From positions 62,001 to 126,000 of IMG/VR virus record IMGVR_UViG_3300031787_007614: a DNA stretch of 64,000 bases, one strand, 5' to 3'. The notes under the pieces were generated by a model. The model was given only the letters and a program-made list of their open reading frames with translations, did not search any database and was not told the DNA's origin. Both the position numbers and the translations under genes were made by a program. Positions 18,196 to 27,600 of this stretch are shown here, piece after piece (position 1 is the first letter of the stretch; each line of letters starts with the position of its first letter).

Positions 18196-19349
18196 ACTAC
18201 CAGCTCCGGAAACACCCGGCGCCAATTGGTGCCCCGCAGCTGGTCCAAATGATCAAAATATTTGACATATCCCGAAGGATCAGACTCTACTGTTTCTAAT
18301 TCTTGTGTACATCTTGCAATATTGAACCAGGAGTTTGATTTGTTTTCAATCAGTCCAGATGTCAACAATTGATTTATCTGTGTGCAAGCAAGTTGCTTGA
18401 TTGCAGTGGGTGCATGCCTGGCACGTAGATATTGATGTTTGTACAGTTGATTGATTGTGATGTCTGTAATTCCGTGCTCTTGCACAAAATATTTGATAGT
18501 ATCAGTCAAGTCAGATACACTGCCCACAAACCATACTAGATTTAATCGTATGTCATGACCAAGTGTTTTGATAGTTTTGAGATTGTTAAGAAACTGATTC
18601 CAGTTGCCGCCTTGTCTTACATAATTGAATTTATCTTCTATACAGTCTGCACTCACAGTCCAAAGAACATTTTTAAATCGTTTGAGTTCGACAAACACTG
18701 AATTAGAGTCAGTGGCTTGACTGATGTTTGAATTGATTCTTATTGGAAGTTCTGTATTGACAAGTTTTTTGAGTAATTTAACATTGTGTTTGATCAACAA
18801 CGGTTCGCCACCAGAAAGATATATCTCTTTCATGACATACTGATTTTGTTCAATCCTAGCAATAATGTCATCAATATTCTTGTTGTCACTTCGATTGGTT
18901 GTTATGCCTTGTTCTTGTGCAATCAAACTGCTTTGAGCCGGATTGCAATACACACATTTAAAATTGCAGGTATTGTCCCAATGTAAATCAACGCCATTAA
19001 GTTCAAATGCAGTGATATCTTCATAGTTGATATCAAAGTTTTTAAACATGGGATTATAATGATTGCGTAAATCAAAGTGCTCAGTACCAGTGGTCAGGCG
19101 ATGACAAGCTGTGCAGTTTTGATTGAAAGTATCTTGTAATAAATCTTGTTTGATTGCCTGTATATCTGCTGACTGTAAGATTTGATCCAGCGGTTGATCA
19201 TTTATATTGCCAAACGGAATTCCTTTGCTGCAAGTGCGAACAGCACCATCAGAAAAAATTTGAAAATGGTTCCATGGTACTGCACAAAAATGTTTTGACT
19301 CTTTGAATAAGAAAAACTTTTTCTTATGGCTCAACAATTTCATATCCAT
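18192..19349 (-). CDS. radical SAM protein with N-terminal SPASM/twitch-like domain
   Basis: FCAVPW...GAVRTC...CTAC, then CNFKCVYC and SGGEPLL. Confidence 0.88.
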   Translation of the reverse strand: MDMKLLSHKKKFFLFKESKHFCAVPWNHFQIFSDGAVRTCSKGIPFGNINDQPLDQILQSADIQAIKQDLLQDTFNQNCTACHRLTTGTEHFDLRNHYNPMFKNFDINYEDITAFELNGVDLHWDNTCNFKCVYCNPAQSSLIAQEQGITTNRSDNKNIDDIIARIEQNQYVMKEIYLSGGEPLLIKHNVKLLKKLVNTELPIRINSNISQATDSNSVFVELKRFKNVLWTVSADCIEDKFNYVRQGGNWNQFLNNLKTIKTLGHDIRLNLVWFVGSVSDLTDTIKYFVQEHGITDITINQLYKHQYLRARHAPTAIKQLACTQINQLLTSGLIENKSNSWFNIARCTQELETVESDPSGYVKYFDHLDQLRGTNWRRVFPELVV

Positions 19350-19590
19350 TCTCGTTGAACAACCGTGTTATGGTTGATTCATAGTGTTTCATGTAGTATT
19401 CTACAATTTTGTTAAAGTCTCTAGGAACTTGCACTCCGCCCATACTGCACTTCACTACCTCTAGCTTTTTAAAATCAAGAATAACATTGGCAGTGGCATG
19501 ATCTCTTGTTTTGAGATTTTTGGCCACAGCCATAACTTCATCAATTTGGCCAGTAGGCTTCTTATAGTAGGTCAGGATTAGGTATCTCAT
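19324..19590 (-). CDS. hypothetical protein
   Basis: 88-aa ORF, ATGA-coupled to the clamp loader. Confidence 0.7.
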   Translation of the reverse strand: MRYLILTYYKKPTGQIDEVMAVAKNLKTRDHATANVILDFKKLEVVKCSMGGVQVPRDFNKIVEYYMKHYESTITRLFNENGYEIVEP

Positions 19591-20510
19591 TCAATATTAC
19601 TCAGTTCAATTAAAGTGGCACTCAAGTTGATTTCCTGATCTGCACTCAATGGAATATTCACCATGCCGTTGCGTATGATCACAATGGCTTGATCCTGACG
19701 TTCAGGTGTGTCGCCCCACAGATCCAAGTTGTTGTACATCCAAGTAAACACTTCGTCTGCATCGTCCGGGCTGGTGCTTTGTGCAATCAGTGTGCGAGCC
19801 TGGCGCACCTGTCCTGCTTTAAACAGTTCAACTGATTTCAGTCTCCAGTCTTGTGTGCCAACATCTGCTCGACCTGGTGGCAACAACGTGCCACTTTGAC
19901 TGTTGGGCTGTACCAAATTCAAACACTTGCGCAGATCAGGGTATGTTGCTTTGATATACGTGTCCAAGGTGTCCAAATCAAACTCCACACCTTCGGTGAC
20001 CAACACCGTGGCCACTCGAGCAGTGAACTCTGTGTGATCAGTTTTGATGATATGAAAACTCTGGCATCGACTGTGGATGGGTTTCATGATCTTGCTGGGA
20101 CTGTTGCAAGTTAATATAAATCTCACAGTTTGTGAGTAGTCTTCCATGAGGTTACGTAGTGCAGGCTGAACTGAGTTCACGTTCATGTAGTCAGCTTCGT
20201 CAATCAGCACAACTTTGAAAGTTCCAAATGGCATGGTCTGACAAAAAGAGATCAGCTTGTCTACCCACTCAACCTTGCGAGCTTCCTTGGATCCGTTTGC
20301 GTACATCACATCAAATTGATCCACGCCCAGTTCATTGATCAGCAGTTTGGCCAGTGTGGTTTTACCTGTGCCCGGCGACCCCGACAGCATCAAATGTGGA
20401 ATGCTTTTGTCTCGTATCCATTGTTGTACTTGCTCACGTTGTGCATCATCCACAAACACATAGCCATCGACTGTGCTAGGACGATATTTTTCTACCCATA
20501 GTTCTTTCAT
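19587..20510 (-). CDS. sliding-clamp loader subunit (RFC small / T4 gp44-like)
   Basis: LWVEKYRP, GSPGTGKTT, IDEAD, SRC, YPDLR. Confidence 0.92.
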   Translation of the reverse strand: MKELWVEKYRPSTVDGYVFVDDAQREQVQQWIRDKSIPHLMLSGSPGTGKTTLAKLLINELGVDQFDVMYANGSKEARKVEWVDKLISFCQTMPFGTFKVVLIDEADYMNVNSVQPALRNLMEDYSQTVRFILTCNSPSKIMKPIHSRCQSFHIIKTDHTEFTARVATVLVTEGVEFDLDTLDTYIKATYPDLRKCLNLVQPNSQSGTLLPPGRADVGTQDWRLKSVELFKAGQVRQARTLIAQSTSPDDADEVFTWMYNNLDLWGDTPERQDQAIVIIRNGMVNIPLSADQEINLSATLIELSNIE

Positions 20511-20716
20511 TAGTATCTGCTTCCTGGTTGTCCGGGTTCATTTGATCCGGTGCATTGTAAGTGGTGATCTGTGGAGTGCGGGCACCGTTTGTTGCCACAC
20601 GTGGGACAAACAATCATTCTGGTTAGCACCCAGGACCAACCTGATTCTGTTTCTCTGTCCTTGTTGCAATTATAGCAGAAACACTGATAGTTTGCATCCG
20701 GATCGGTAAACATCAT
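20510..20716 (-). CDS. small Cys-rich (Zn-binding) protein
   Basis: CFCYNC, CPTCGNKRCPH, CTGSNEPGQ. Confidence 0.7.
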   Translation of the reverse strand: MMFTDPDANYQCFCYNCNKDRETESGWSWVLTRMIVCPTCGNKRCPHSTDHHLQCTGSNEPGQPGSRY

Positions 20717-20904
20717 GTGCGTCCTGGCGGTAGTTTGTTGGTACCCAATTGCCGCTCAAATGAACTTTGTGTTTGTAGTTCATCAGGTAAAGGTGGCGGA
20801 ACCCAACGCGGCTTGGGTTCTTTTTTGCCAAAAATCTCAGTATGTCTGGCCGCTAGTTCTTCTTGACTGACAGTTGATTGTCGTGGTCTTGATCCTTTGC
20901 TCAT
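20713..20904 (-). CDS. hypothetical protein
   Basis: likely start MSKGSRPR at 20904, ATGA-coupled. Confidence 0.6.
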   Translation of the reverse strand: MSKGSRPRQSTVSQEELAARHTEIFGKKEPKPRWVPPPLPDELQTQSSFERQLGTNKLPPGRT

Positions 20905-21131
20905 TTCTTCAGAGCCTTCCACATTTTTTCTTTTTCCAATTGTTCCAGCCACTCTTGTTCACCAGTAAAGGTAGCAGTGTCTTTGAGCATTTCTTCCACA
21001 GCAAATTTCACACGATACAAGTCTTGTTTACAAGGCCAATTGTTCCAACCAGTTTCATAATTGTCGTTTGCACCATAGTACATTTTTTGACAGTCAGCAA
21101 TGACCTTGTCCACGTCCCAGTTGATTATCAT
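20901..21131 (-). CDS. hypothetical protein
   Basis: likely start MIINWD at 21131, just after the groES stop. Confidence 0.6.
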   Translation of the reverse strand: MIINWDVDKVIADCQKMYYGANDNYETGWNNWPCKQDLYRVKFAVEEMLKDTATFTGEQEWLEQLEKEKMWKALKK

Positions 21132-21132
21132 G

Positions 21133-21531
21133 TCAGTTGTGTTGCATATGACTAGGTTTGGCTTCCACGTGAATGGCACCCGAAAATGTTTCATCTTGCG
21201 GCTGTTCGTCACTCACCAGCATGATGTCTTTTGGATCTACTCTGCGTAGGGTTTGCTTGCCAGTTTCATCTTCTACTTCAATGCCCCTGGTCCAACGACC
21301 ATGTGCCACACACACCCATTGTCCCACAGTGACTTCATGTTGTTCTGGACCCACAGCATACACTTGTCCCCAGCGTGGACGGATACCGGTGCTTTTGCCG
21401 TTGTCGTTCAGCAACACAATACCACCTGTGGTAAAACGTTCGTCAAAGGTCATGTCAGTCACAATCACTGAATCATTCAGTGGATGGATTTGATTCTTGT
21501 TTAATTGATGTGCGGAATATGCTAGTTTCAT
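21133..21531 (-). CDS. GroES/Cpn10-like co-chaperonin
   Basis: IHPLNDSVIV, TTGGIVL mobile loop, GQVYAVGP, VTVGQWV, DIM. Confidence 0.8.
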   Translation of the reverse strand: MKLAYSAHQLNKNQIHPLNDSVIVTDMTFDERFTTGGIVLLNDNGKSTGIRPRWGQVYAVGPEQHEVTVGQWVCVAHGRWTRGIEVEDETGKQTLRRVDPKDIMLVSDEQPQDETFSGAIHVEAKPSHMQHN

Positions 21532-21731
21532 GGTGATTTCTTGTGTGTCCGGTTGTACTGTCGATTGACTTGTGCTGTCTTGCTGTTAACCACACCGCCG
21601 CGATCGTCAACTACATCGCCTCTTGCGTTGACTTTCATATTGCCCACTGCACGAACTTTTTCGTTTTGCAGACGCAATGCGCCCATGTCAATTGATTTTC
21701 CTTGAGCTGTTTTATATAAACTTTTTGTCAT
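21528..21731 (-). CDS. hypothetical protein
   Basis: 67-aa ORF with AGGAG RBS, downstream of TAAATA. Confidence 0.7.
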   Translation of the reverse strand: MTKSLYKTAQGKSIDMGALRLQNEKVRAVGNMKVNARGDVVDDRGGVVNSKTAQVNRQYNRTHKKSP

Positions 21732-21752
21732 GATTATCTCCTAAAACAATAT

Positions 21753-22271
21753 TTAACGCAAAAACTCCGCAGGATCTAATTCATAGTATAAACTGTTGAT
21801 TTGATGCACACCCAATTTGTACAGCACAAAACTGGCTGTACTAGATCCCCGGCCCACGCCCCAAATCAAATTGTTTTGTGTCATTACATCCACAAGGTAT
21901 TTGAGATAACGCAAGAGATTAAACAAGTCGCGTTCTTGAAACAACAACAGTTCTTCACCACATCGTTGTAGTTCAGCATCTGTAGTGCATAGACTCAGCA
22001 CATGTTCTGCTATGTCCATTTGCTGATATTGATCACTCATGTACCACCGGCTTTGGCACTCTCGGTCATATTCCTCTGTGGGCATGATGTCCATCAAGTC
22101 ATTGTAGGCAATTAACTTGGGCACATTGTCCAACATGAGTGCGGCTGTTTCCAGGTCCACTGACGAGTCCACTATCATGCCGTCAAAGCCCGACGGGTCA
22201 AACCCACGCATGACTAGGTCAACTAGGTCTGCTTCGTTGAATATCAGTTCACCGTGATTATTTTGCTTCAT
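21753..22271 (-). CDS. DNA polymerase III alpha (DnaE) fragment
   Basis: R..EEL...YLKYLVD...WGVGRGSSTASFVLYKLGVHQINS..YEL..EFLR; only 172 aa. Confidence 0.8.
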   Translation of the reverse strand: MKQNNHGELIFNEADLVDLVMRGFDPSGFDGMIVDSSVDLETAALMLDNVPKLIAYNDLMDIMPTEEYDRECQSRWYMSDQYQQMDIAEHVLSLCTTDAELQRCGEELLLFQERDLFNLLRYLKYLVDVMTQNNLIWGVGRGSSTASFVLYKLGVHQINSLYYELDPAEFLR

Positions 22272-22875
22272 GCTTGCGAAAGTTGGGATAGATTACAGTA
22301 TTACCAGTGGGTTCAATGCGATCTTCTGGCCACATGAGGCCATATTCGTGCCAAACATTTGGTGTGACTTTGACCACATTGTCGGGCGTTGATTCTGTTT
22401 CCAAGGTATGGTGTTGAACAGAAGGATTGTGCCACCAAGCATCTTCTGCCACTGGCCAGTGTGCAAACACACCAAGATTGTCTTCGTCGTCATGCGAGTA
22501 CCAAACAGAATCACCCAGCACACTAGAGATATCCAAACTGGTCACAGTCATTCGGCCTTCCATGATAGCATTGAGTTTGCAGTATAACATCATGCCAACA
22601 ATCTGGTCAACTGGTGCTTCAGGCAGGGTGGTGACATTGGTACCTAGCATTTGAAACATTTCTGCTTTGTCATGATCTGACGGACCAAAGAACACAGTAT
22701 TGGCCAAGTCGTGATACACAAAGCATTTGAGTCTTTCTAATGCAATGTTACTGCTGGCAGCATCTTCAGTTTGAGTTAGCAAACTCACACTAACTGAATA
22801 ACTGTTAAGTTGCAACTGGTCTTCGTAGTAGATGCCTGCCAAGAACTCTAGATCATATTGTAGTCGTACATTCAT
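22258..22875 (-). CDS. hypothetical protein
   Basis: 205-aa ORF, coupled on both sides. Confidence 0.7.
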   Translation of the reverse strand: MNVRLQYDLEFLAGIYYEDQLQLNSYSVSVSLLTQTEDAASSNIALERLKCFVYHDLANTVFFGPSDHDKAEMFQMLGTNVTTLPEAPVDQIVGMMLYCKLNAIMEGRMTVTSLDISSVLGDSVWYSHDDEDNLGVFAHWPVAEDAWWHNPSVQHHTLETESTPDNVVKVTPNVWHEYGLMWPEDRIEPTGNTVIYPNFRKHEAK

Positions 22876-23108
22876 CCGATATTAATTTTGTCTGAAAAGT
22901 CGTTATCGCCGGCTGCTTTTTTATAGCTTTCTGCCAGGCGGGCCTGATATGCATTGTAGTATGTTTCAAGGGCCATGCGTATCTGATCGGCAACATGCCC
23001 GTTACCAGTTCTTTGTGCCATGCCCAATTTTTTTTGTAAATCGCTCACGGTTTGACTCAGTTGTTCTTGAGTCAAATGTGATATGTCACCGATTAGTGGA
23101 TGTTCCAT
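22872..23108 (-). CDS. hypothetical protein (probably leaderless mRNA)
   Basis: ATG 5 nt downstream of TATAAT. Confidence 0.7.
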   Translation of the reverse strand: MEHPLIGDISHLTQEQLSQTVSDLQKKLGMAQRTGNGHVADQIRMALETYYNAYQARLAESYKKAAGDNDFSDKINIG

Positions 23109-23113
23109 AATGC

Positions 23114-23142
23114 ATTATAACATGCATTACCATCAAGGTCAA
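23114..23142 (-). promoter_or_regulatory. sigma70-type promoter
   Basis: TTGACC-N17-TATAAT; -35 overlaps the upstream TGA stop. Confidence 0.7.
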
Positions 23143-24635
23143 GCCCAGTTGCCCACAGATATCATCGAACTATTGCCTAATGGAATCAATTTGATGTAAC
23201 TGTTTGGCAACACAGTTGGTGCGCCGCCGGGTGCCGCCGAATATAGGAACTGTGGTGTGATTGCTGTGGCAGCATTGGTTTTCATAATGCCTTTGAGAGT
23301 GATCACAAGGTTCTCAGTGGCCGACGTTGATGCTCCAGTTACCACCAATGCTGTGGTTGATGTGCCGTAGATTCTGCTGACAGCAGTCAATGCAACACCT
23401 GTGGATGTGGTAACATCTGCAGTGTATGTAATACTGGTCAACGCACTGGATGCATTGAACAACACGGATGTGGTATGACTGGTAGTACCAGCTGCTCGAG
23501 TGATATAATACACCGCTTCAAATTCGTATGTGGTTGACGCAGCAAGACTCACTGCACTTGGAGATGAAAATACTGCTTGTGCTGATGTGGTGTCAGTCAA
23601 CGTGTTGTTGGACACTTGCACTCGTAAAAATTGACTTTGCAACTGCCCGCGCTGGCTGGCTACTGGTGTTGCGTAAAACACTGTGCCGTCATATTCAAAT
23701 GCACCGGCTATTGGAGTGGTCAGCAATGATCCAGCTGTAAAATCCAATGCTGCCGCTGATGTTGTGCCGGCGCTGGGATACATGTAACCGTTGATGTTTA
23801 GGCCACTGATATTGCCTGTGGCAGTGATCAATCCACCAGTGGTCAAGTTGCCACCAACTACGTTGCCAGTAGAAACTACTCGGCCGCCTGTGATCAAGTT
23901 GCCACCTGCTGTGTTGCCAGTAGCAGTGATATTACCAGTAGAAGTTACTGTGGTAAAAGCAGCAACTTTGCCTGCGCCAGTTGCGGTAATATTACCTGTA
24001 GCAGTAATGTCATCAGTGTTGATGTCAGCACTGGTAAAGTTGGTCAGCGCACGGTTCAAGTCAAACAGTGTGATGGTACTGCCGCCATCAGATGTGCTAA
24101 ATGCAAACTCATAATAACCTGTGGCACCAAATGTAATGGTATTGCTCACTCCAGATGTGCCAGGGCTGATGCCTTGAATACCACTCAGCCCCAAACTCAC
24201 CGCAGCCGGCAGTGTGAGAGTGTGTGCAATGTTGGTGATATTAAACTGTATACGCATGTATCCATACTCGCCCGATATTGGAAAATTTTGGAATGATAAA
24301 CTGATGCTGCCAGTGGTAGATATAGTTTGATAATGTCCTGTTGCGTAATTAACAGTGAGAGCACCCGAAGTACCAGTTATAGCTACTTTAGTGGCTGCAA
24401 AGTCTTTTATCAGGGCAGCATACAACAGATTGCCACCCATATTGTTGTCCAGGGTTTGTCCAGTTAAGGCTGCTTTAAGAATTGCTTTGGCTTGGAGATC
24501 GTTAAGTTCGTCTTCAGCATACTGGAAATTCTGCTTGGTGTTGGTAAAGTTATCGCGGAATCCTTGACTGTTGTTGTCTTGTCCAGCTACAGGATATGAT
24601 CCGTCAATGTTGTTTGGGTTAATATTACTTGCCAT
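23139..24635 (-). CDS. virion structural protein (baseplate / fibre)
   Basis: YPVAGQDNNSQGFRDNF N-terminus, ATGNxxGGN repeats, Thr/Gly-rich. Confidence 0.75.
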   Translation of the reverse strand: MASNINPNNIDGSYPVAGQDNNSQGFRDNFTNTKQNFQYAEDELNDLQAKAILKAALTGQTLDNNMGGNLLYAALIKDFAATKVAITGTSGALTVNYATGHYQTISTTGSISLSFQNFPISGEYGYMRIQFNITNIAHTLTLPAAVSLGLSGIQGISPGTSGVSNTITFGATGYYEFAFSTSDGGSTITLFDLNRALTNFTSADINTDDITATGNITATGAGKVAAFTTVTSTGNITATGNTAGGNLITGGRVVSTGNVVGGNLTTGGLITATGNISGLNINGYMYPSAGTTSAAALDFTAGSLLTTPIAGAFEYDGTVFYATPVASQRGQLQSQFLRVQVSNNTLTDTTSAQAVFSSPSAVSLAASTTYEFEAVYYITRAAGTTSHTTSVLFNASSALTSITYTADVTTSTGVALTAVSRIYGTSTTALVVTGASTSATENLVITLKGIMKTNAATAITPQFLYSAAPGGAPTVLPNSYIKLIPLGNSSMISVGNWA

Positions 24636-24647
24636 TTTTTGTCCTTG

Positions 24648-27600
24648 TTAAGCCAAAATATTGGCTTTGGGAAATACGAGATATTTATCTGAGCGGTCTG
24701 ACGGATCGTACATATCCACTGGTTCGATAAATTGCAAACTACCTTGATCAAATATTGTTTCTGTGCTAACCACAGTGGTAGCAGTGATCAAAGGCAGCCA
24801 TTTTACATAGATTAGATCCTGCGGTGCATTGCCAGGTCTATAGAGGTATGTGCCACCAGTGTATTTTTGCCCTTGCGTGGTGGTCACATAATCATTGGTC
24901 ACAGTTTGCGTGTATTCTGTTAGGTTTACAATGTAGTTTATGGCTTCGGCATTCATGACTCCGGTAGCAGTAACCAAATTTACTGTGGGCCCACCTTGAA
25001 CATTGCTAATTGCAAATCGATTGTTGCTTGCGTCTATTGACACAATGTAATACAGTTGATCACTGCTGATGCCGCCAATCAACGTTCCGGTAAAATAAAT
25101 TTGATAATTTATACCAAGCAACCCAATGCTACCAGTGGTAATCCAATTTCCAATGCTGGTGGTTGCTGTACAAATTATATCTCCGCCGGTATTTTCAAGA
25201 TTCACAGTGTACATGCTCATACGGTCATTGCCATAATTTGCAGTCATGGTGCCTGCCGCTGTGCTCAACGTCACAGCAGTACTGGATCCTGCTGTGGCTG
25301 TAACTGTAAACGCTCCATAATAAACAGTCATAGATCCCGAAGCTGAACTCAATCCCAATGCTGATCCGCCTAGAGTTTCACTGACTACAATTGTGGTTGC
25401 TGTAGGAACGTCAACCACATAATAGGGTTTGGGCAGTCCAGTGGCGGCGTATCGAGAAATATTTCCAAAAACTGTGCCGCTGAACCAAACTTCATCACCT
25501 ATTGCAAACGGAGTACTGCTAGACACAGTGATTCGATTTGACCCTGTTAAAGTAGCACTAGCGGTAACGTTGCTCACAGTTCTTACATAGTATACCTCTG
25601 TTTGTGCATTGCTATTTTCATTGTCAATGCCACCAAACGTGGTGCCAGTGAACCACACTTTGTCTCCAACTGTCATGCCTAGTGTACTGTCGCAAGTAAT
25701 TACGTTTGTGGAGGCAGTTGTGGCTGTGCAGGTTTGTGCATATCCTTCATTTACCAATGGACCATAGTCATAAGTTCCTGGAATGGCCACAGCTGAGCTT
25801 GCGGCGCTGTCAAACCCTTCTTCGTCAAAACTGTCAATGTTGTTGGACCAAGCCTGGTTGAGATCACTGTAGTTGCTGCCAGGTGATCCACTGTAGCCTT
25901 CTTGTTTGACAAATATTATTATGCTGCCATCTTCCAAATACACCTCAGCATCAGGCGCAGGGAAGCTGCCAATTATGACTTCGGTAGTACCATCTATACC
26001 ACCTAGGGCGTTGATTTCGGCCAAGGTGCGACCGTTAACATCTGCAAATGCCAGTTCAGTTGCGCCGTTCACTAGACCAAGATCAGTAAATCCAGTGGTG
26101 TTCACACGATCAAACGTGGTAAGATTTGGTTGCGGAGTCCAGTCTTGTGTGGTAGTGTCCCAGTTACGGCTTAGTGTTGCATCAAGCTCATATCGATCAA
26201 CTTTGAAATCAATTTTGTTCAGTTGATTGCCAAAGTATTCTTCAAGGTAATATGCAATTTGTTTGCTGCGATTTGGTTTGGCATAACAGATCACCCAGGC
26301 AGGTGTAAATCCCAACACACGACCATTGGATTGTTTGGAAGTCATCCACAGTGGTAGTTTGGTAGAAATTTGCCCCACAACATCAATCACTTGATCTCTC
26401 ATGTTGATCAAACTGTTGGGATACACTGATGTCAATTGTGTGCTGCCATCTAAGGGATCTATAATAGCATACGGCAGTGTTACTATCTTGTTAACACTTT
26501 GTCCACTGGCATTCACTAGATTGTCAATAATTTTGCTGTAAACCACTTCGTATACAACTTCACCAGTGACTGGATCAACTGCTTGTGCAGTAGAAATTTC
26601 ACCAAGCACTAGATTTTTCCAATAGTGATTTAAATACAGACTTTCCACATAAGTTGAAAAACTGTCAGGAGCAAGTCCAAATGCATGTTCGTATTTCACA
26701 CGAGTGCTAAGTCCAAAGTTAGGATCGTCTGGGCGAAATATATAGTCAGGAACAAAAATATCTGTATTGGTCAGCAGTTGTCTGAGTAACGCACGATCAT
26801 TCTGTGGAGGCATAGCCAACACAAAGAGATTTTGGTAGGGTTTGTTGTACTCTCTTATCACTCGAACTGTGAATGTTTTAAACACAGAAATCACGTCTCT
26901 TGTGCCAGTGGGTGCCATGACTACTGAGAGGTTTGCTCCTGATCCTGCACCTGTTATTGTGAATGTTGCTGGGCTAGTATATCCAGCACCTTGTTCAGTA
27001 ATTGTCACAGCAGTAATTGCTCCTGCGCTTGCAGTCAGTGTACCTTCTGCTTGAACCGCAGTGGCACCAATTGGAGTACTAAATTCTATAGTTGGCGAAC
27101 TGTAACCAATGCCGCCGCTGTTGACAATAACTTCACTGACTTTGTATATAATTTGTTCAGTGTCTTCAGCATAGGCATTTACTGTGAATGTAAACGAGCT
27201 GTCCCAAGTGGTTTCTTGAGTGCCTGATATGGTGCTTTGGCTGCGATCAAATGTGGTTTCTCCTAAGTCAATAGCAAACGTATTAAATGTAACACGGCCT
27301 GCTATTTCTCCTGACGGCAGCAATACTAGACCTTGTGGCAACTCATTGAATGCGCCACTCTTGAGTCTGTACAGTAGTTCTACGCCACCACGATTCACAG
27401 CTTCAACTTTGAGCAAGCTGGTTGATCCATTTTCTATTGATCCAAGATCGCTTGGAGTGAGCCAGGTAACTTCGGCATCAACTGCTCCTGAGATAGTGAG
27501 TGTAAATGGATATAACTGACTTTGTGGAATGTCAACTGGCACGCCTTTAAGTTCGCCAGTGGCAGTTGACAGCGTAATGGGCGATCCAACAATGCTGGTA

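Noticed and set aside
21753-22271. Intein- or intron-split dnaE
   Set aside because: There is no Cys-initiated intein N-fragment at the C-terminus, and no intron-sized gap or homing endonuclease next to it.
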